A stretch of 64,000 bases of DNA from Bacteroidales bacterium (lineage in GTDB: Bacteria; Bacteroidota; Bacteroidia; Bacteroidales; UBA7960): positions 9,627-73,626 of the forward strand of contig SLCY01000012.1 of the NCBI GenBank assembly GCA_007125585.1, in the 5' to 3' direction. How positions within the stretch are numbered: the stretch's first letter is position 1; each line of letters begins with the position of its first letter. A program made the position numbers and the translations under genes. Positions 19,127 to 30,148 of the stretch are shown here, one piece after another. The notes under the pieces are model-generated. The model was not told the origin of the DNA, made no database searches, and worked only from the letters and a program-made list of their open reading frames with translations.

Positions 19127-19954
19127 ATGGCTTTAAAAAAGTTTAAACCCACGACCCCCGGACAGCGCAATAAAATGATCAGCGCTTTTGATGACATTAC
19201 GGCCGCCAAACCTGTAAAAAGCCTGGTAAAAGGCAAGAGCAAATCGGGCGGCAGGAACAACAGGGGCAAGATGACCTTGCGTTATATTGGCGGCGGTCAT
19301 AAGAGAAGGTATCGTATCATCGACTTCAAACGCGATAAGGACGGGATACCAGCAACCGTAAAGAGCATTGAGTACGATCCGAACCGGTCTGCACGAATTG
19401 CCTTGTTGAGCTATGCTGATGGGGCAAAGCGTTATATCATTGCTCCTGTCGGCTTGCAGGTAGGCCAGACCCTTATGTCGGGCGAGAAAGCTACGCCTGA
19501 CATTGGCAATGCCCTGTTTTTGCGCAATGTGCCCCTGGGCAGCATTGTTCATAATATTGAGCTGCAACCAGGCCAGGGTGGCAAGATGGCGCGCAGTGCC
19601 GGGACTTATGCGCAGTTGACATCCCGGGAGGGTAAATATGCTACACTGAAGCTCCCTTCGGGTGAGATCCGCATGGTGCTTGTAACGTGTAAGGCGACCA
19701 TTGGCAGCACCTCTAATCCTGACCATATGCACGAAATGTCGGGCAAGGCAGGCCGGAGCCGGTGGTTAGGCCGCCGGCCGCGTACCCGCCCGGTGGTGAT
19801 GAACCCGGTCGACCATCCCATGGGCGGTGGCGAAGGCCGTGCCTCAGGAGGCCATCCGCGAAGCCGCAAAGGGCTGCCCGCAAAGGGATACAAAACACGC
19901 AACAGGAAAAAAGCATCCAACAGGCTCATTTTAGAGAGGAGAAAAATCAAATAG
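19127..19954 (+). CDS. rplB: 50S ribosomal protein L2
   Basis: 275 aa. [16 protein letters not shown]...GGGHKRRYR...[12 protein letters not shown]. Confidence 0.97.
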   Translation: MALKKFKPTTPGQRNKMISAFDDITAAKPVKSLVKGKSKSGGRNNRGKMTLRYIGGGHKRRYRIIDFKRDKDGIPATVKSIEYDPNRSARIALLSYADGAKRYIIAPVGLQVGQTLMSGEKATPDIGNALFLRNVPLGSIVHNIELQPGQGGKMARSAGTYAQLTSREGKYATLKLPSGEIRMVLVTCKATIGSTSNPDHMHEMSGKAGRSRWLGRRPRTRPVVMNPVDHPMGGGEGRASGGHPRSRKGLPAKGYKTRNRKKASNRLILERRKIK

Positions 19955-19980
19955 TCACTAACAGAAAATAATAAAAACAC

Positions 19981-20247
19981 ATGAGTCGATCATTAAAAAA
20001 AGGACCCTATATCCATCACAAACTGGAGAAGAAGGTCCTGACCATGGCCGGCAGCAACAAAAAGTCTGTTATCAAGACCTGGTCGAGGGCTTCAATGATC
20101 TCGCCCGAATTTGTCGGATTGACCATCGCAGTGCACAACGGCAACAAATTTATTCCGGTATATATTACCGAAAACATGGTAGGACATAAGTTGGGTGAAT
20201 TTGCGCCCACCCGCATCTTCCGTGGTCATGGTGGAAAAAAACGATAA
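19981..20247 (+). CDS. rpsS: 30S ribosomal protein S19
   Basis: [11 protein letters not shown]...[30 protein letters not shown]. Confidence 0.97.
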   Translation: MSRSLKKGPYIHHKLEKKVLTMAGSNKKSVIKTWSRASMISPEFVGLTIAVHNGNKFIPVYITENMVGHKLGEFAPTRIFRGHGGKKR

Positions 20248-20268
20248 AAAAACAAACAATATTTCACA

Positions 20269-20673
20269 ATGGGACTAAGAAAACATATCAGGGCTGAGAA
20301 ACTCAGGGAGGAGAGGAAGTCTCAGTATTTTGCCAGGCTGAGAAACTGCCCCACCTCCCCCAGGAAAATGCGACTGGTGGCGGATATGATACGGGGACAG
20401 GAAGTGAACAAGGCCCTTGCAATTTTACGCTATACCAAGAAAGAAGCCGCGCAGCGTCTGGAAAAGCTATTATTGTCAGCCATCGCCAACTGGCAAAACA
20501 AAAACGAAGGGGTGCGCATAGAAGACAGTAACCTGTATATTAAAGCCATCTATGTGGATAGCGCAAGAATGTTGAAGCGTTTGCGGCCTGCCCCCCAGGG
20601 GAGGGCTCACCGTATCAGGAAGCGCTCCAACCATGTAACCCTTTTTGTTGACAGTAAAAATACAAACGAATAA
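20269..20673 (+). CDS. rplV: 50S ribosomal protein L22
   Basis: 134 aa. [24 protein letters not shown]. Confidence 0.95.
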   Translation: MGLRKHIRAEKLREERKSQYFARLRNCPTSPRKMRLVADMIRGQEVNKALAILRYTKKEAAQRLEKLLLSAIANWQNKNEGVRIEDSNLYIKAIYVDSARMLKRLRPAPQGRAHRIRKRSNHVTLFVDSKNTNE

Positions 20674-20684
20674 ATATTTCACAG

Positions 20685-21392
20685 ATGGGACAAAAGACGA
20701 ATCCAATCGGCCTCAGGCTTGGTATTATTAAAGGATGGGACTCCAACTGGTACGGCGGAAAAAAATATGCGGCCAAACTGGTTGAAGACGATAAGATACG
20801 CAAGTACCTTTACGTGCGACTGTCCAAAGCGGGGGTTTCAAAGATCTTTATTGAACGGACATTAAAACTGGTGACCGTGAACATTAACACGGCACGTCCC
20901 GGCATCATTATCGGTAAAGGAGGCCAGGAAGTTGACAAGCTGAAAGAAGAGCTGAAAAAAATCACCAACAAAGAGATACAGATCAACATCAGCGAAATAA
21001 AACGGCCGGAGCTTGACGCCTTTCTTGTGGCACAGAATGTCGCAAAGCAGATCGAAGGACGGATATCTTTTCGCCGGGCTGTGAAAACTGCCATTTCTTC
21101 CACCATGCGCCTGGGTGCGGAAGGCATTAAGGTGATGGTAAGCGGCAGACTTGGAGGGGCAGAGATGGCCCGTAATGAAACGTACAAGGAGGGCAGGATC
21201 CCCCTGCACACACTCCGTGCCGATATTGATTATGCCTGTGTGGAAGCCCATACAACATACGGTCGCATCGGCATTAAAGTATGGATTTGCAAGGGAGAGG
21301 TCTTTGGCAAGCCTGAGCTGACTCCCTTCATTGAGGAACAGTCGAAAGGGAGACAGGCAGGCGGCAGGTTTGGCGGCAGAAGGAAAAAGTAA
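20685..21392 (+). CDS. rpsC: 30S ribosomal protein S3
   Basis: [23 protein letters not shown]... KH domain. Confidence 0.97.
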   Translation: MGQKTNPIGLRLGIIKGWDSNWYGGKKYAAKLVEDDKIRKYLYVRLSKAGVSKIFIERTLKLVTVNINTARPGIIIGKGGQEVDKLKEELKKITNKEIQINISEIKRPELDAFLVAQNVAKQIEGRISFRRAVKTAISSTMRLGAEGIKVMVSGRLGGAEMARNETYKEGRIPLHTLRADIDYACVEAHTTYGRIGIKVWICKGEVFGKPELTPFIEEQSKGRQAGGRFGGRRKK

Positions 21393-21433
21393 CCCATCGC
21401 TATCAAAGCGTCATTAAAGAAAATTGTTGAATC

Positions 21434-21853
21434 ATGTTACAGCCTAAGAAAACCAAGTACAGAAAGATGCAAAAGGGCCGTATGAAAGGCAATACGAAGC
21501 GTGGTGCTGAGTTGGCCTTTGGTTCTTTTGGCATGAAGTCACTCGACACCAGCTGGGTGACAGGACGTCAGATCGAGGCTGCGCGTCAGGCCATTACACG
21601 TCGTATGAAGCGTGAGGGACAGCTCTGGATCAGGATCTTCCCCGACAAACCCATCACCAAGAAACCCGCAGAGGTGCGTATGGGTAAAGGGAAGGGTGCG
21701 CCCGAGTATTTTGTCGCCAGGGTGTGTCCGGGCAGGATCATTTTTGAAGCAGACGGGGTTCATCTGGAAACAGCACGCGAAGCCATGCGCCTTGGTGCAC
21801 AAAAGCTTCCGGTAACCACAAAATTTGTCGTCAGAAGAGATTATGTTTATTGA
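21434..21853 (+). CDS. rplP: 50S ribosomal protein L16
   Basis: [19 protein letters not shown]...RMGKGKG. Confidence 0.97.
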   Translation: MLQPKKTKYRKMQKGRMKGNTKRGAELAFGSFGMKSLDTSWVTGRQIEAARQAITRRMKREGQLWIRIFPDKPITKKPAEVRMGKGKGAPEYFVARVCPGRIIFEADGVHLETAREAMRLGAQKLPVTTKFVVRRDYVY

Positions 21854-21881
21854 TATTGACCCTTTATTTGGAAAAAAATTG

Positions 21882-21889
21882 TAACTTTG
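21882..21889 (+). promoter_or_regulatory. candidate internal -7 box TAACTTTG in the rplP-rpmC spacer
   Basis: Exact TAnnTTTG inside an atypical 136-nt spacer. Confidence 0.3.
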
Positions 21890-21989
21890 CAGCCTTTTTA
21901 CAGGGGCCCGATAACCATCACAGGCCTGGCCTGTCCGGATTTGCGCCCTGGTGGCGGAAGCGCTGTGAAACAATTAAATTCACGCAAAA

Positions 21990-22190
21990 ATGAAGCAGAG
22001 TGTAATACATGAAATGTCAACCGGCGAGCTCAACGAGCGCCTGGAAGAAGAAAGGAAACAGCTGCGCAAGTTGAAGATGAACCATGCGGTATCGCCGCTG
22101 GAGAATCCAATGAAGATCAAGGACTATCGCAGGACCGTTGCCCGGATCATGACAGAGCTCCGGAAAAGGGAACCAGAAGAAACCAAATAA
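21990..22190 (+). CDS. rpmC: 50S ribosomal protein L29
   Basis: 66 aa. ELNERLEEERKQLRKLKMNHAVSPLENP. Confidence 0.93.
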   Translation: MKQSVIHEMSTGELNERLEEERKQLRKLKMNHAVSPLENPMKIKDYRRTVARIMTELRKREPEETK

Positions 22191-22202
22191 AGAATCTGTA
22201 AC

Positions 22203-22460
22203 ATGGAAACCAGAAATCCAAGAAAAGAGAGAACAGGCCTTGTGGTCAGCAACAAGATGGATAAATCTGTCGTAGTAGAGGTTTTGCGTCGGGTAAGGCA
22301 TCCCAAGTATGGTAAGTTTATCAAGCGATCAACCCGCTTTATGGCACATGATGATAAGAATGAATGCAATATTGGCGATACGGTTCGTATCATGGAAACA
22401 AGGCCCTTGAGCAAGAACAAATGTTGGAGACTAGTTGAAATCCTTGAAAGAGCGAAGTAA
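22203..22460 (+). CDS. rpsQ: 30S ribosomal protein S17
   Basis: 85 aa. [21 protein letters not shown]...HPKYGK. Confidence 0.95.
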   Translation: METRNPRKERTGLVVSNKMDKSVVVEVLRRVRHPKYGKFIKRSTRFMAHDDKNECNIGDTVRIMETRPLSKNKCWRLVEILERAK

Positions 22461-22462
22461 TT

Positions 22463-22831
22463 ATGATACAGCAAGAGTCCAGACTATCGGTAGCGGATAA
22501 CAGTGGGGCGAAGGAGGTGCTTTGCATCAGGGTCCTTGGAGGCACACGCCGCAGATATGCCGGCATCGGCGATAAGATTATCGTTACGGTGAAACATGCC
22601 CTGCCTTCAGGTAACGTCAAAAAAGGCACAGTCTCAAAAGCCGTAGTGGTTCGCACCAAAAAACATGTCAGACGGCCCGATGGCAGTTACATCAAATTTG
22701 ATGACAATGCTGTGGTGCTGCTGACAGCCACGGAAGAGATGCGTGGAACACGTATCTTTGGACCCGTCGCCAGGGAATTGCGAGAAAAACAATTTATGAA
22801 AATCGTCTCATTGGCACCCGAGGTGCTGTAA
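22463..22831 (+). CDS. rplN: 50S ribosomal protein L14
   Basis: [27 protein letters not shown]. Confidence 0.97.
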   Translation: MIQQESRLSVADNSGAKEVLCIRVLGGTRRRYAGIGDKIIVTVKHALPSGNVKKGTVSKAVVVRTKKHVRRPDGSYIKFDDNAVVLLTATEEMRGTRIFGPVARELREKQFMKIVSLAPEVL

Positions 22832-22845
22832 ATGAACAAATAATT

Positions 22846-23166
22846 ATGCAATCCAAGATCCATATAAAAAAAGGGGACACTGTGAAGGTCATTGCAGGCA
22901 ACGAAAAAGGTGCCACAGGTAAAGTCCTTATGGTAGATGTCAAAAAGCGCAGGGCGTTTGTTGAAGGGATCAACATGGTATCCAAACATACCAAGCCCAA
23001 TGCTGCAAACCCCCAGGGCGGAATAGTGAAGAAAGAATCCAGCATTCACCTTTCAAACCTTATGCTGACAGATGCCAAAGGCAATGCCACGCGCATAGGC
23101 AGAAGGTTAAACGACGACAACCGATTGGTAAGGTATTCCAAAAAGACAGGGGAGGAAATCAAGTAA
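22846..23166 (+). CDS. rplX: 50S ribosomal protein L24
   Basis: 106 aa. [16 protein letters not shown] (KOW motif). Confidence 0.95.
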   Translation: MQSKIHIKKGDTVKVIAGNEKGATGKVLMVDVKKRRAFVEGINMVSKHTKPNAANPQGGIVKKESSIHLSNLMLTDAKGNATRIGRRLNDDNRLVRYSKKTGEEIK

Positions 23167-23723
23167 TGAATTATACACCAAGACTTAAGGAAAGGTTCGC
23201 CAAAGAAATCGTTCCTGCACTGATGAAGGAGTTTGGTTATACCAACCCTTTGCAGGTGCCCAGGATGGTCAAGATCAGCCTGAACCAGGGCGTTGGTGAA
23301 GCCATTACAGATAAAAAGATCATCGACAATGCCGTTGAGGAAATGACATTGGTCGCCGGCCAGAAAGCCGTGTCCACCAAATCGAGAAAGGACATTTCCA
23401 ACTTTAAACTAAGAAGGGGCATGCCTGTCGGTGTCAGGGTGACTTTGCGTGGCAACCGGATGTATGAGTTCCTCGACAGGCTGGTAGCAGTATCCCTGCC
23501 GCGTATACGCGACTTCAGGGGTGTTAATGAGAAAGGATTTGACGGAAGGGGCAACTATTCTATGGGCGTACCTGAACAGATCATATTTCCCGAGATCAAT
23601 ATCGACAAAGTAAATAAAATCAACGGGATGGATATAAGCTTCGTTACAACAGCCAATACCGACCGTGAAGCTTTTGCTTTGTTGCGTGAATTCGGAATTC
23701 CATTTAAGAACCAGAATAAATAG
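23166..23723 (+). CDS. rplE: 50S ribosomal protein L5
   Basis: 185 aa. [27 protein letters not shown]. Confidence 0.96.
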   Translation: MNYTPRLKERFAKEIVPALMKEFGYTNPLQVPRMVKISLNQGVGEAITDKKIIDNAVEEMTLVAGQKAVSTKSRKDISNFKLRRGMPVGVRVTLRGNRMYEFLDRLVAVSLPRIRDFRGVNEKGFDGRGNYSMGVPEQIIFPEINIDKVNKINGMDISFVTTANTDREAFALLREFGIPFKNQNK

Positions 23724-23730
23724 ACACATC

Positions 23731-24000
23731 ATGGCAAAAGAATCCATGAAGGCCAGAGAGCTAAAAAGAGCAAAGCTTGTTAAAAAATATGCTGCCAAGA
23801 GGGCGGAATTAAAGGCCAAGGGCGACTGGGAAGGCTTACAAAAGCTACCCAGGAACGCTTCACCGGTAAGGCTGCACAACCGCTGCCAGTTGACAGGCAG
23901 ACCCAAAGGCTACATGCGCCAATTCGGGGTGTCCCGTATCAACTTCAGGGAAATGGCCAATAAAGGGCTGATCCCTGGCATAACCAAAGCAAGCTGGTAA
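23731..24000 (+). CDS. rpsN: 30S ribosomal protein S14 (long, non-zinc form)
   Basis: Frame 23665..24000 trimmed to ATG 23731: [20 protein letters not shown]...[11 protein letters not shown]...KASW. 89 aa. Confidence 0.93.
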   Translation: MAKESMKARELKRAKLVKKYAAKRAELKAKGDWEGLQKLPRNASPVRLHNRCQLTGRPKGYMRQFGVSRINFREMANKGLIPGITKASW

Positions 24001-24031
24001 GATTTTTTTAGTCACTTTTTATTTACAAACA

Positions 24032-24430
24032 ATGATAGCTGATCCAATTGCAGATTATCTTACGAGAATAAGGAATGCCATCAAGGCCAATCACAGGGTT
24101 GTAGAAATTCCTGCTTCGAACCTCAAAAAGGGGATCACAAAAATCCTGTTTGAGAAGGGGTATGTTCTCAATTATAAATTTGAGGATGACAAGATGCCCA
24201 AAACGATCAAGATAGCCCTTAAATACCATCCGGTGACAAAACTCCCCGCCATTAATGAGATAAAGCGGGTCAGTCGCCCGGGACTCCGCCGGTACGAAAA
24301 CAGCAAGGATCTGCCGCGTGTTTTGAACGGATTGGGCATTGCCGTTGTTTCGACTTCCAAAGGCCTTATGACCGACAAGGAGGCCCGGAATTTGAACGTA
24401 GGTGGAGAAATCATTTGTTACGTCAGTTAA
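24032..24430 (+). CDS. rpsH: 30S ribosomal protein S8
   Basis: MIADPIADYLTRIRNAIKANH. Confidence 0.96.
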   Translation: MIADPIADYLTRIRNAIKANHRVVEIPASNLKKGITKILFEKGYVLNYKFEDDKMPKTIKIALKYHPVTKLPAINEIKRVSRPGLRRYENSKDLPRVLNGLGIAVVSTSKGLMTDKEARNLNVGGEIICYVS

Positions 24431-24440
24431 AAGATTACAT

Positions 24441-24998
24441 ATGTCACGAATAGGAAATACCCCGGTAAATATCCCAGAAGGCGTCGCCGTGACCGTCTCG
24501 AAAGACAATGTGGTTACGGTGAAAGGCCCCAGGGGTGAACTTTCACAGGCCGTCGATCAGGCAATAAAGGTCAATGTGGAAGGCAATGAAGTGAAGCTTG
24601 AGCGGACCGGTGAACAGCGGAGTCAAAAAGCCCTGCACGGATTGTACCGCGCATTGATCAACAATATGGTCGTTGGCGTATCAGAAGGCTACAAGATCAT
24701 TCAGGAACTTGTTGGTGTTGGGTACAAAGCGTCTCACAACGGACAAGTCCTGGAACTGGCCCTTGGATACTCCCACAATATTTTTTTCGAGATCCCAAAA
24801 GAGGTGAAGCTGGAAACCGTCACCGAAAGGGGTAAGAACCCTGCCATCGTTCTCGAATCACATGACAAACAGCTGATAGGCCAGGTAGCGGCCAAAATCC
24901 GTTCATTGCGCAAGCCTGAACCCTACAAAGGCAAGGGTGTGATCTACAGAGGGGAAGTGATCCGCAAAAAAGCAGGTAAAGCTGCTGCTGCCAAATAA
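24441..24998 (+). CDS. rplF: 50S ribosomal protein L6
   Basis: Frame 24402..24998 trimmed to ATG 24441: MSRIGNTPVNIPEGVAVTV. Confidence 0.94.
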   Translation: MSRIGNTPVNIPEGVAVTVSKDNVVTVKGPRGELSQAVDQAIKVNVEGNEVKLERTGEQRSQKALHGLYRALINNMVVGVSEGYKIIQELVGVGYKASHNGQVLELALGYSHNIFFEIPKEVKLETVTERGKNPAIVLESHDKQLIGQVAAKIRSLRKPEPYKGKGVIYRGEVIRKKAGKAAAAK

Positions 24999-25028
24999 TC
25001 ATAATCTATTTTTAATTCCTTTATCAGG

Positions 25029-25388
25029 ATGGCAACAAGAAAGAAACTCGACAGAAGGACAAAGATAAAATACCGCGTGAGAAAACGTGTGCGCGGTACG
25101 GCAGATAAGCCCCGGTTGTCTGTATTCAGAAGCAACAAGGCCATATATGCCCAGGTGATAGATGACCTGGCAGGTAAAACCCTTGCCGCTGCTTCATCAA
25201 AAGTAAAAGAGATCGGTGAAAAAAAGATGACCAAGACAGAAGCTGCCCGGGAAGTAGGCAAGGTGATCGCCGAACGTGCAAAAGAAGCCGGTATTGAAAC
25301 CATTGTGTTTGATCGTAACGGTTATCTTTACCACGGCAGAGTTAAATCATTGGCAGAAGGTGCCCGGGAAGGAGGCTTAAAATTTTAA
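25029..25388 (+). CDS. rplR: 50S ribosomal protein L18
   Basis: 119 aa. [18 protein letters not shown]...[24 protein letters not shown]. Confidence 0.95.
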   Translation: MATRKKLDRRTKIKYRVRKRVRGTADKPRLSVFRSNKAIYAQVIDDLAGKTLAAASSKVKEIGEKKMTKTEAAREVGKVIAERAKEAGIETIVFDRNGYLYHGRVKSLAEGAREGGLKF

Positions 25389-25391
25389 ATC

Positions 25392-25910
25392 ATGGCAAAC
25401 GTAAACATCAAAAAAGTTAAGTCGAGCGAGATTGAATTCAAGGACAGGCTTGTAAGCATCCAGCGTGTTACAAAAGTGACCAAAGGTGGCAGAACGTTCA
25501 GCTTTTCTGCCATCGTTGTTGTTGGCAATGAGAATGGTGTGGTTGGTTTTGGCCTGGGAAAGGCCAAGGAGGTGACCACAGCCATCAGCAAAGGCATTGA
25601 CGACGCCAAAAAACATTTGATCAAGGTCCCGGTGTACAAAGGAACGATCCCGCATGAACAGGAAGGAAAGTACAGTGGAGCCCGGGTATTGATCAAGCCT
25701 GCTGCCCACGGTACCGGGGTCATTGCAGGTGGCGCAATGCGTGCCGTGCTCGAAAGCGTCGGAGTAACTGACGTTCTGGCAAAATCAAAGGGTTCATCAA
25801 ACCCGCATAGTGTTGTAAAGGCGACCATCGATGCGCTGATCAAGCTTCGGGATCCCTTTGCCGTTGCCCAGCAACGTGGCGTGAGCCTTGACAAAGTGTT
25901 TAACGGGTAA
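25392..25910 (+). CDS. rpsE: 30S ribosomal protein S5
   Basis: 172 aa. [32 protein letters not shown]. Confidence 0.96.
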   Translation: MANVNIKKVKSSEIEFKDRLVSIQRVTKVTKGGRTFSFSAIVVVGNENGVVGFGLGKAKEVTTAISKGIDDAKKHLIKVPVYKGTIPHEQEGKYSGARVLIKPAAHGTGVIAGGAMRAVLESVGVTDVLAKSKGSSNPHSVVKATIDALIKLRDPFAVAQQRGVSLDKVFNG

Positions 25911-26013
25911 TTTGTTATCATGAACCGGGCCATAACCTTATCATTCGGCACGCAAATGAATGATCGGCGCATGGCGGGCCCCATGTTGACCGCAATATAA
26001 AAAATGGAAACAG

Positions 26014-26199
26014 ATGAAGAAATATAAAATCGTCCAGGTAAGAAGCAGAATCGGAAGGCCTGCAACCCAGAAAAATACCCTGGATGCATTGGGTGTCAGG
26101 CGCATGAACCGGCCGGTCATTGTTAACGGCACACCGCAGGTGGAGGGGATGATCCATAAAGTGAAACATCTTCTTTCAGTGGAAGAGATAAAAGAATAA
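26014..26199 (+). CDS. rpmD: 50S ribosomal protein L30
   Basis: 61 aa. KIVQVRSRIGRPATQKNTLDALGV. Confidence 0.92.
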   Translation: MKKYKIVQVRSRIGRPATQKNTLDALGVRRMNRPVIVNGTPQVEGMIHKVKHLLSVEEIKE

Positions 26200-26237
26200 T
26201 GTCGTTTAGTTCAATATCTTTAAATTTGTAATATACA

Positions 26238-26684
26238 ATGGATTTAAGCAATCTTAAACCAGCAAAGGGGTCGGTCAGGCGCAAGAAACGCATTGGCAGG
26301 GGAGAAGGTTCAGGAGCAGGAGATACAGCGACCCGTGGACATAAAGGGGCTAAATCGCGCTCAGGTTACAGCAAAAAAGCCGGCTTTGAAGGAGGGCAGA
26401 TGCCTCTGGGCAGACGTGTCCCGAAGTATGGTTTCAAAAACCGTAACCGCGTTGAATACAGGGGCGTTAACCTGGATGTCCTTCAAAAACTTGCTGAAAA
26501 CAAAGGCCTGGATACCGTGAACCCGGATGTGTTGATCAGCAATGGCCTCGCATCAAAGAATGACCTGGTGAAGGTCCTTGGAAGGGGAAAGCTGACGGCC
26601 AAACTAAATATCACCGCCCACGCTTTTTCAGCAACTGCTGCAAAAGCCATTGAAGACACTGGTGGAACTGTTAACCGGATATAA
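26238..26684 (+). CDS. rplO: 50S ribosomal protein L15
   Basis: 148 aa. LSNLKPAKGS...RIGRGEGSG.G.TATRGHKG. Confidence 0.95.
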   Translation: MDLSNLKPAKGSVRRKKRIGRGEGSGAGDTATRGHKGAKSRSGYSKKAGFEGGQMPLGRRVPKYGFKNRNRVEYRGVNLDVLQKLAENKGLDTVNPDVLISNGLASKNDLVKVLGRGKLTAKLNITAHAFSATAAKAIEDTGGTVNRI

Positions 26685-26693
26685 ACCTCAGGA

Positions 26694-28055
26694 ATGAAAC
26701 GTTTTATTCAAACATTGATCAACATTTACAATATTGAGGATCTGCGGATCAGGATCATCAACACCTTGGGTATTATCCTGATATACCGCCTGGGGTCTTA
26801 CGTTGTGCTGCCGGGGGTCGATCCCGAACAACTGCAGGCTCTGCAGGCGCAGACCCAGGAAGGCCTTCTCGGGCTGTTGAATATGTTCTCGGGAGGAGCC
26901 TTTTCCAATGCCTCAATATTTGCATTGGGGATCATGCCCTATATCAGCGCTTCCATTGTGATCCAGTTGATGAGTGTTGCTGTTCCTTATTTTCAAAGAC
27001 TTCAGAAAGAGGGGGAAAGCGGACGCAAAAAAATCAACCAGATCACCCGCTATCTGACCGTGTTTATCACTGCAGCCCAGGCACCTGCCTATCTTGCCAA
27101 CCTGGTGGCCCAGCTGCCGGCTGAGGCAATATCACCATTTGACCCTGCCGCCGCAGGCCCGTCGCTCTATTTTATGGTCTCATCGGTGATTATCCTGATA
27201 TCAGGAACCATGTTTGTGATGTGGCTTGGTGAACGAATTACCGAACGGGGGATCGGGAATGGGATATCCCTGATCATTATGATAGGGATCATCGCCCAGC
27301 TGCCCTTCGCCCTTTTTGCTGAATTTATTGCAAGGATAGAAGAAGCGGGAGGTGGAGGACCGGTTGTCTTTCTGGTTGAGCTGATCATTTTGATGAGTGT
27401 CGTTGTACTGGTCATACTTTTGGTCCAGGGCCAGCGGAGGATCCCCGTGCAGTTCGCCAAACGTGTCGTGGGCAACAGGCAATACGGAGGTGTGCGTCAG
27501 TACATACCGCTGAAAGTAAATGCGGCTGGAGTAATGCCTATCATTTTTGCGCAGGCCATCATGTTTATTCCAATCACACTGGCCGGTTTTTCCGACGCTT
27601 TGGGTGGGTTTGCAGCCACCATGTCCAACTTTACGGGGTTCTGGTATAACTTTACCTTCGCCATCCTGATCATACTGTTCACCTATTTCTACACGGCGAT
27701 AACGGTGAACCCAAATCAGATGGCCGAAGATATGAAGAAGAATGGCGGTTTTATACCGGGTGTAAAACCGGGAAAACGTACAGCCGAGTTCATCGATAAT
27801 GTAATGTCACGGATCACCCTGCCGGGATCATTGTTCCTGGCATTTGTGGCAATCATGCCTGCCCTGGTGAGCCTGATGGGGGTAACCGGGCAATTTGCCC
27901 AATTTTTCGGTGGCACGTCGCTGCTGATCATGGTAGGTGTTGTGCTGGACACATTGCAGCAGATCGAAAGCCACTTGCTGATGCGCCACTATGACGGTCT
28001 TACGAAATCGGGCCGGATCAAGGGACGTTCATCACCCATTGGCATGACCGGATAA
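26694..28055 (+). CDS. secY: preprotein translocase subunit SecY
   Basis: 453 aa, 10-TM profile. LFALGIMPYISASI, and position after rplO. Confidence 0.96.
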   Translation: MKRFIQTLINIYNIEDLRIRIINTLGIILIYRLGSYVVLPGVDPEQLQALQAQTQEGLLGLLNMFSGGAFSNASIFALGIMPYISASIVIQLMSVAVPYFQRLQKEGESGRKKINQITRYLTVFITAAQAPAYLANLVAQLPAEAISPFDPAAAGPSLYFMVSSVIILISGTMFVMWLGERITERGIGNGISLIIMIGIIAQLPFALFAEFIARIEEAGGGGPVVFLVELIILMSVVVLVILLVQGQRRIPVQFAKRVVGNRQYGGVRQYIPLKVNAAGVMPIIFAQAIMFIPITLAGFSDALGGFAATMSNFTGFWYNFTFAILIILFTYFYTAITVNPNQMAEDMKKNGGFIPGVKPGKRTAEFIDNVMSRITLPGSLFLAFVAIMPALVSLMGVTGQFAQFFGGTSLLIMVGVVLDTLQQIESHLLMRHYDGLTKSGRIKGRSSPIGMTG

Positions 28056-28067
28056 ATCTTGTTGAGA

Positions 28068-28868
28068 ATGATTCAATACAAGACCACCGAAGAAATTGAA
28101 TTAATACGCGAAAGTTCTTTACTTGTTGCCAAGACCCATGCAGAGCTGGCCAAACATTTGCGGCCCGGTATTTGCTCTATGGACCTTGACCGTATCGCCG
28201 AGTCCTTTATAAGGGACCATGGTGGAGCACCGGGCTTTAAAGGGTATCATGGATTCCCGTACACGTTATGTGTTTCACCCAATGAAGTGGTGGTGCACGG
28301 TTTTCCAAACAAAGAACCCCTGAAGGAGGGTGACATCCTCTCTGTCGATTGCGGGGTCCTGAAGAATGGATATTACGGCGATTCAGCTTATACCTTTGCT
28401 GTTGGTGAGATCAGTGATGAAAAAAAAAGGTTGCTCAAGATCACGTATCGATGTTTAATGGAGGGGATAGAGCAAATGGTGGAAGGCAATACCCTGGGGG
28501 ATGTTTCATGGACGATCCAGAACCGGGCGGAGAAAGCCGGTTATTCAGTGGTCAGAGAGTTGGTGGGCCATGGTGTGGGAAAGAGTCTGCATGAGCCCCC
28601 GGAACTGCCAAATTTTGGAAAAAAGGGCAGGGGGCCAAAAATTAAAAATGGCCTGGTAGTTGCGGTAGAACCCATGATAAATATGGGAAATCGCTTTATT
28701 GTCCAGGAGAAAGACGGATGGACAATCCGCACGGCAGACAGAAAGCCATCAGGACATTATGAGCATACAGTGGCCGTGATTAACGGAAAGGCTGAAATGC
28801 TCTCAACATTTGCGTTTATTGAGGAAGCATTAAAAGAAAATATAAACAATTTGGTTATCATTCGTTAG
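28068..28868 (+). CDS. map: type I methionine aminopeptidase
   Basis: Frame 28059..28868. I prefer ATG 28068 ([16 protein letters not shown]). Metal ligands in [24 protein letters not shown]. Confidence 0.93.
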   Translation: MIQYKTTEEIELIRESSLLVAKTHAELAKHLRPGICSMDLDRIAESFIRDHGGAPGFKGYHGFPYTLCVSPNEVVVHGFPNKEPLKEGDILSVDCGVLKNGYYGDSAYTFAVGEISDEKKRLLKITYRCLMEGIEQMVEGNTLGDVSWTIQNRAEKAGYSVVRELVGHGVGKSLHEPPELPNFGKKGRGPKIKNGLVVAVEPMINMGNRFIVQEKDGWTIRTADRKPSGHYEHTVAVINGKAEMLSTFAFIEEALKENINNLVIIR

Positions 28869-28873
28869 ATCAT

Positions 28874-29092
28874 ATGGCAAAGCAGGCATCTATACAGCAA
28901 GACGGAACCGTCACCGAATCATTGGGAAATGCTATGTTTCGGGTTGAGCTGGAAAACGGGCATATAATCACGGCCCATATTTCCGGGAAAATGCGCATGC
29001 ATTACATCAAAATATTGCCTGGTGACAAGGTAAAAGTAGAAATGTCGCCCTATGATCTTACAAAAGGTCGCATCACATTCAGATATAAATAA
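28874..29092 (+). CDS. infA: translation initiation factor IF-1
   Basis: 72 aa. [51 protein letters not shown]. Confidence 0.97.
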   Translation: MAKQASIQQDGTVTESLGNAMFRVELENGHIITAHISGKMRMHYIKILPGDKVKVEMSPYDLTKGRITFRYK

Positions 29093-29117
29093 CGGCAACA
29101 ATATAAACCACGGAGAA

Positions 29118-29234
29118 ATGAAAGTCAGAGTGTCGGTTAAGAAAAGAAGTTCCGATTGCAAAATAGTGCGAAGGAAAGGAAAAATTTACGTCATCAACAA
29201 AAAAAACCCCAAGTTTAAACAACGTCAGGGATAA
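29118..29234 (+). CDS. rpmJ: 50S ribosomal protein L36
   Basis: 38 aa inside track ORF 29052..29234: [38 protein letters not shown]. Confidence 0.93.
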   Translation: MKVRVSVKKRSSDCKIVRRKGKIYVINKKNPKFKQRQG

Positions 29235-29261
29235 TATTTTTAACATTAGAAAGCAATTCAT

Positions 29262-29639
29262 ATGGCACGTATAGCTGGAGTTGATATTCCAAGAAACAAG
29301 AGGGGTGTGATCAGCCTCACCTACATTTATGGTATTGGTCAGAGCAATGCCCGCAAAATACTGGAAACCGCCGGTGTTGATCCGGAAAAAAAAGTGGAGG
29401 ATTGGGATGACCAGCAGTTGACGAAGGTTCGTAATGTCATCAACGAAGATTTCAAGGTGGAGGGTTCACTGCGCTCGGAGGTTCAGATGAACATCAAGCG
29501 ATTGATGGATATCGGTTGCTACCGCGGCATTCGTCATCGTATCGGACTGCCTTTGCGTGGACAGAAAACCAAAAACAATGCCCGTACCAGAAAGGGTAAA
29601 AAGAAAACTGTTGCCAATAAGAAGAAGGCAACCAAATAG
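29262..29639 (+). CDS. rpsM: 30S ribosomal protein S13
   Basis: [14 protein letters not shown]...GIG...A..I. Confidence 0.97.
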   Translation: MARIAGVDIPRNKRGVISLTYIYGIGQSNARKILETAGVDPEKKVEDWDDQQLTKVRNVINEDFKVEGSLRSEVQMNIKRLMDIGCYRGIRHRIGLPLRGQKTKNNARTRKGKKKTVANKKKATK

Positions 29640-29703
29640 TTGTGGATAGAATTCAGACGGTTGGTTCATCAACCCTTGATCAGAAGAAAAACAGATAAAT
29701 ATT

Positions 29704-30102
29704 ATGGCAAAAACAACCAAAGGTACCAGGGGTGCCAGGAAAAGAGTCGTAAAGGTGGAGCCTCTGGGTCAGGCCCATATTTTTGCTTCTTTCAACAACA
29801 TTATTGTTACCATTGCCAATCAGCATGGTCAGGTGATTTCCTGGTCTTCGGCCGGTAAGATGGGCTTTAGGGGTTCCAAGAAGAATACCCCTTATGCCGG
29901 CCAGATGGCTGCGGGCGATGCTGCAAAAACAGCCTATGACCTTGGCATGCGAAAGATCAAAGTTTTTGTAAAGGGCCCCGGGTCGGGCAGGGAATCTGCG
30001 ATTCGCACACTGCATTCAGCAGGGCTGGAGGTGACAGAGATTATGGATGTTACCCCGCTGCCCCATAACGGATGCCGCCCACCCAAAAGAAGACGCGTGT
30101 AA
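29704..30102 (+). CDS. rpsK: 30S ribosomal protein S11
   Basis: 132 aa. [16 protein letters not shown].....V..WSSAG..GF.GS.K.TPYA. Confidence 0.97.
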   Translation: MAKTTKGTRGARKRVVKVEPLGQAHIFASFNNIIVTIANQHGQVISWSSAGKMGFRGSKKNTPYAGQMAAGDAAKTAYDLGMRKIKVFVKGPGSGRESAIRTLHSAGLEVTEIMDVTPLPHNGCRPPKRRRV

Positions 30103-30148
30103 CCGCTTTACAGTATTATGACAAACACTTTAGAATCAGTATAATAAT

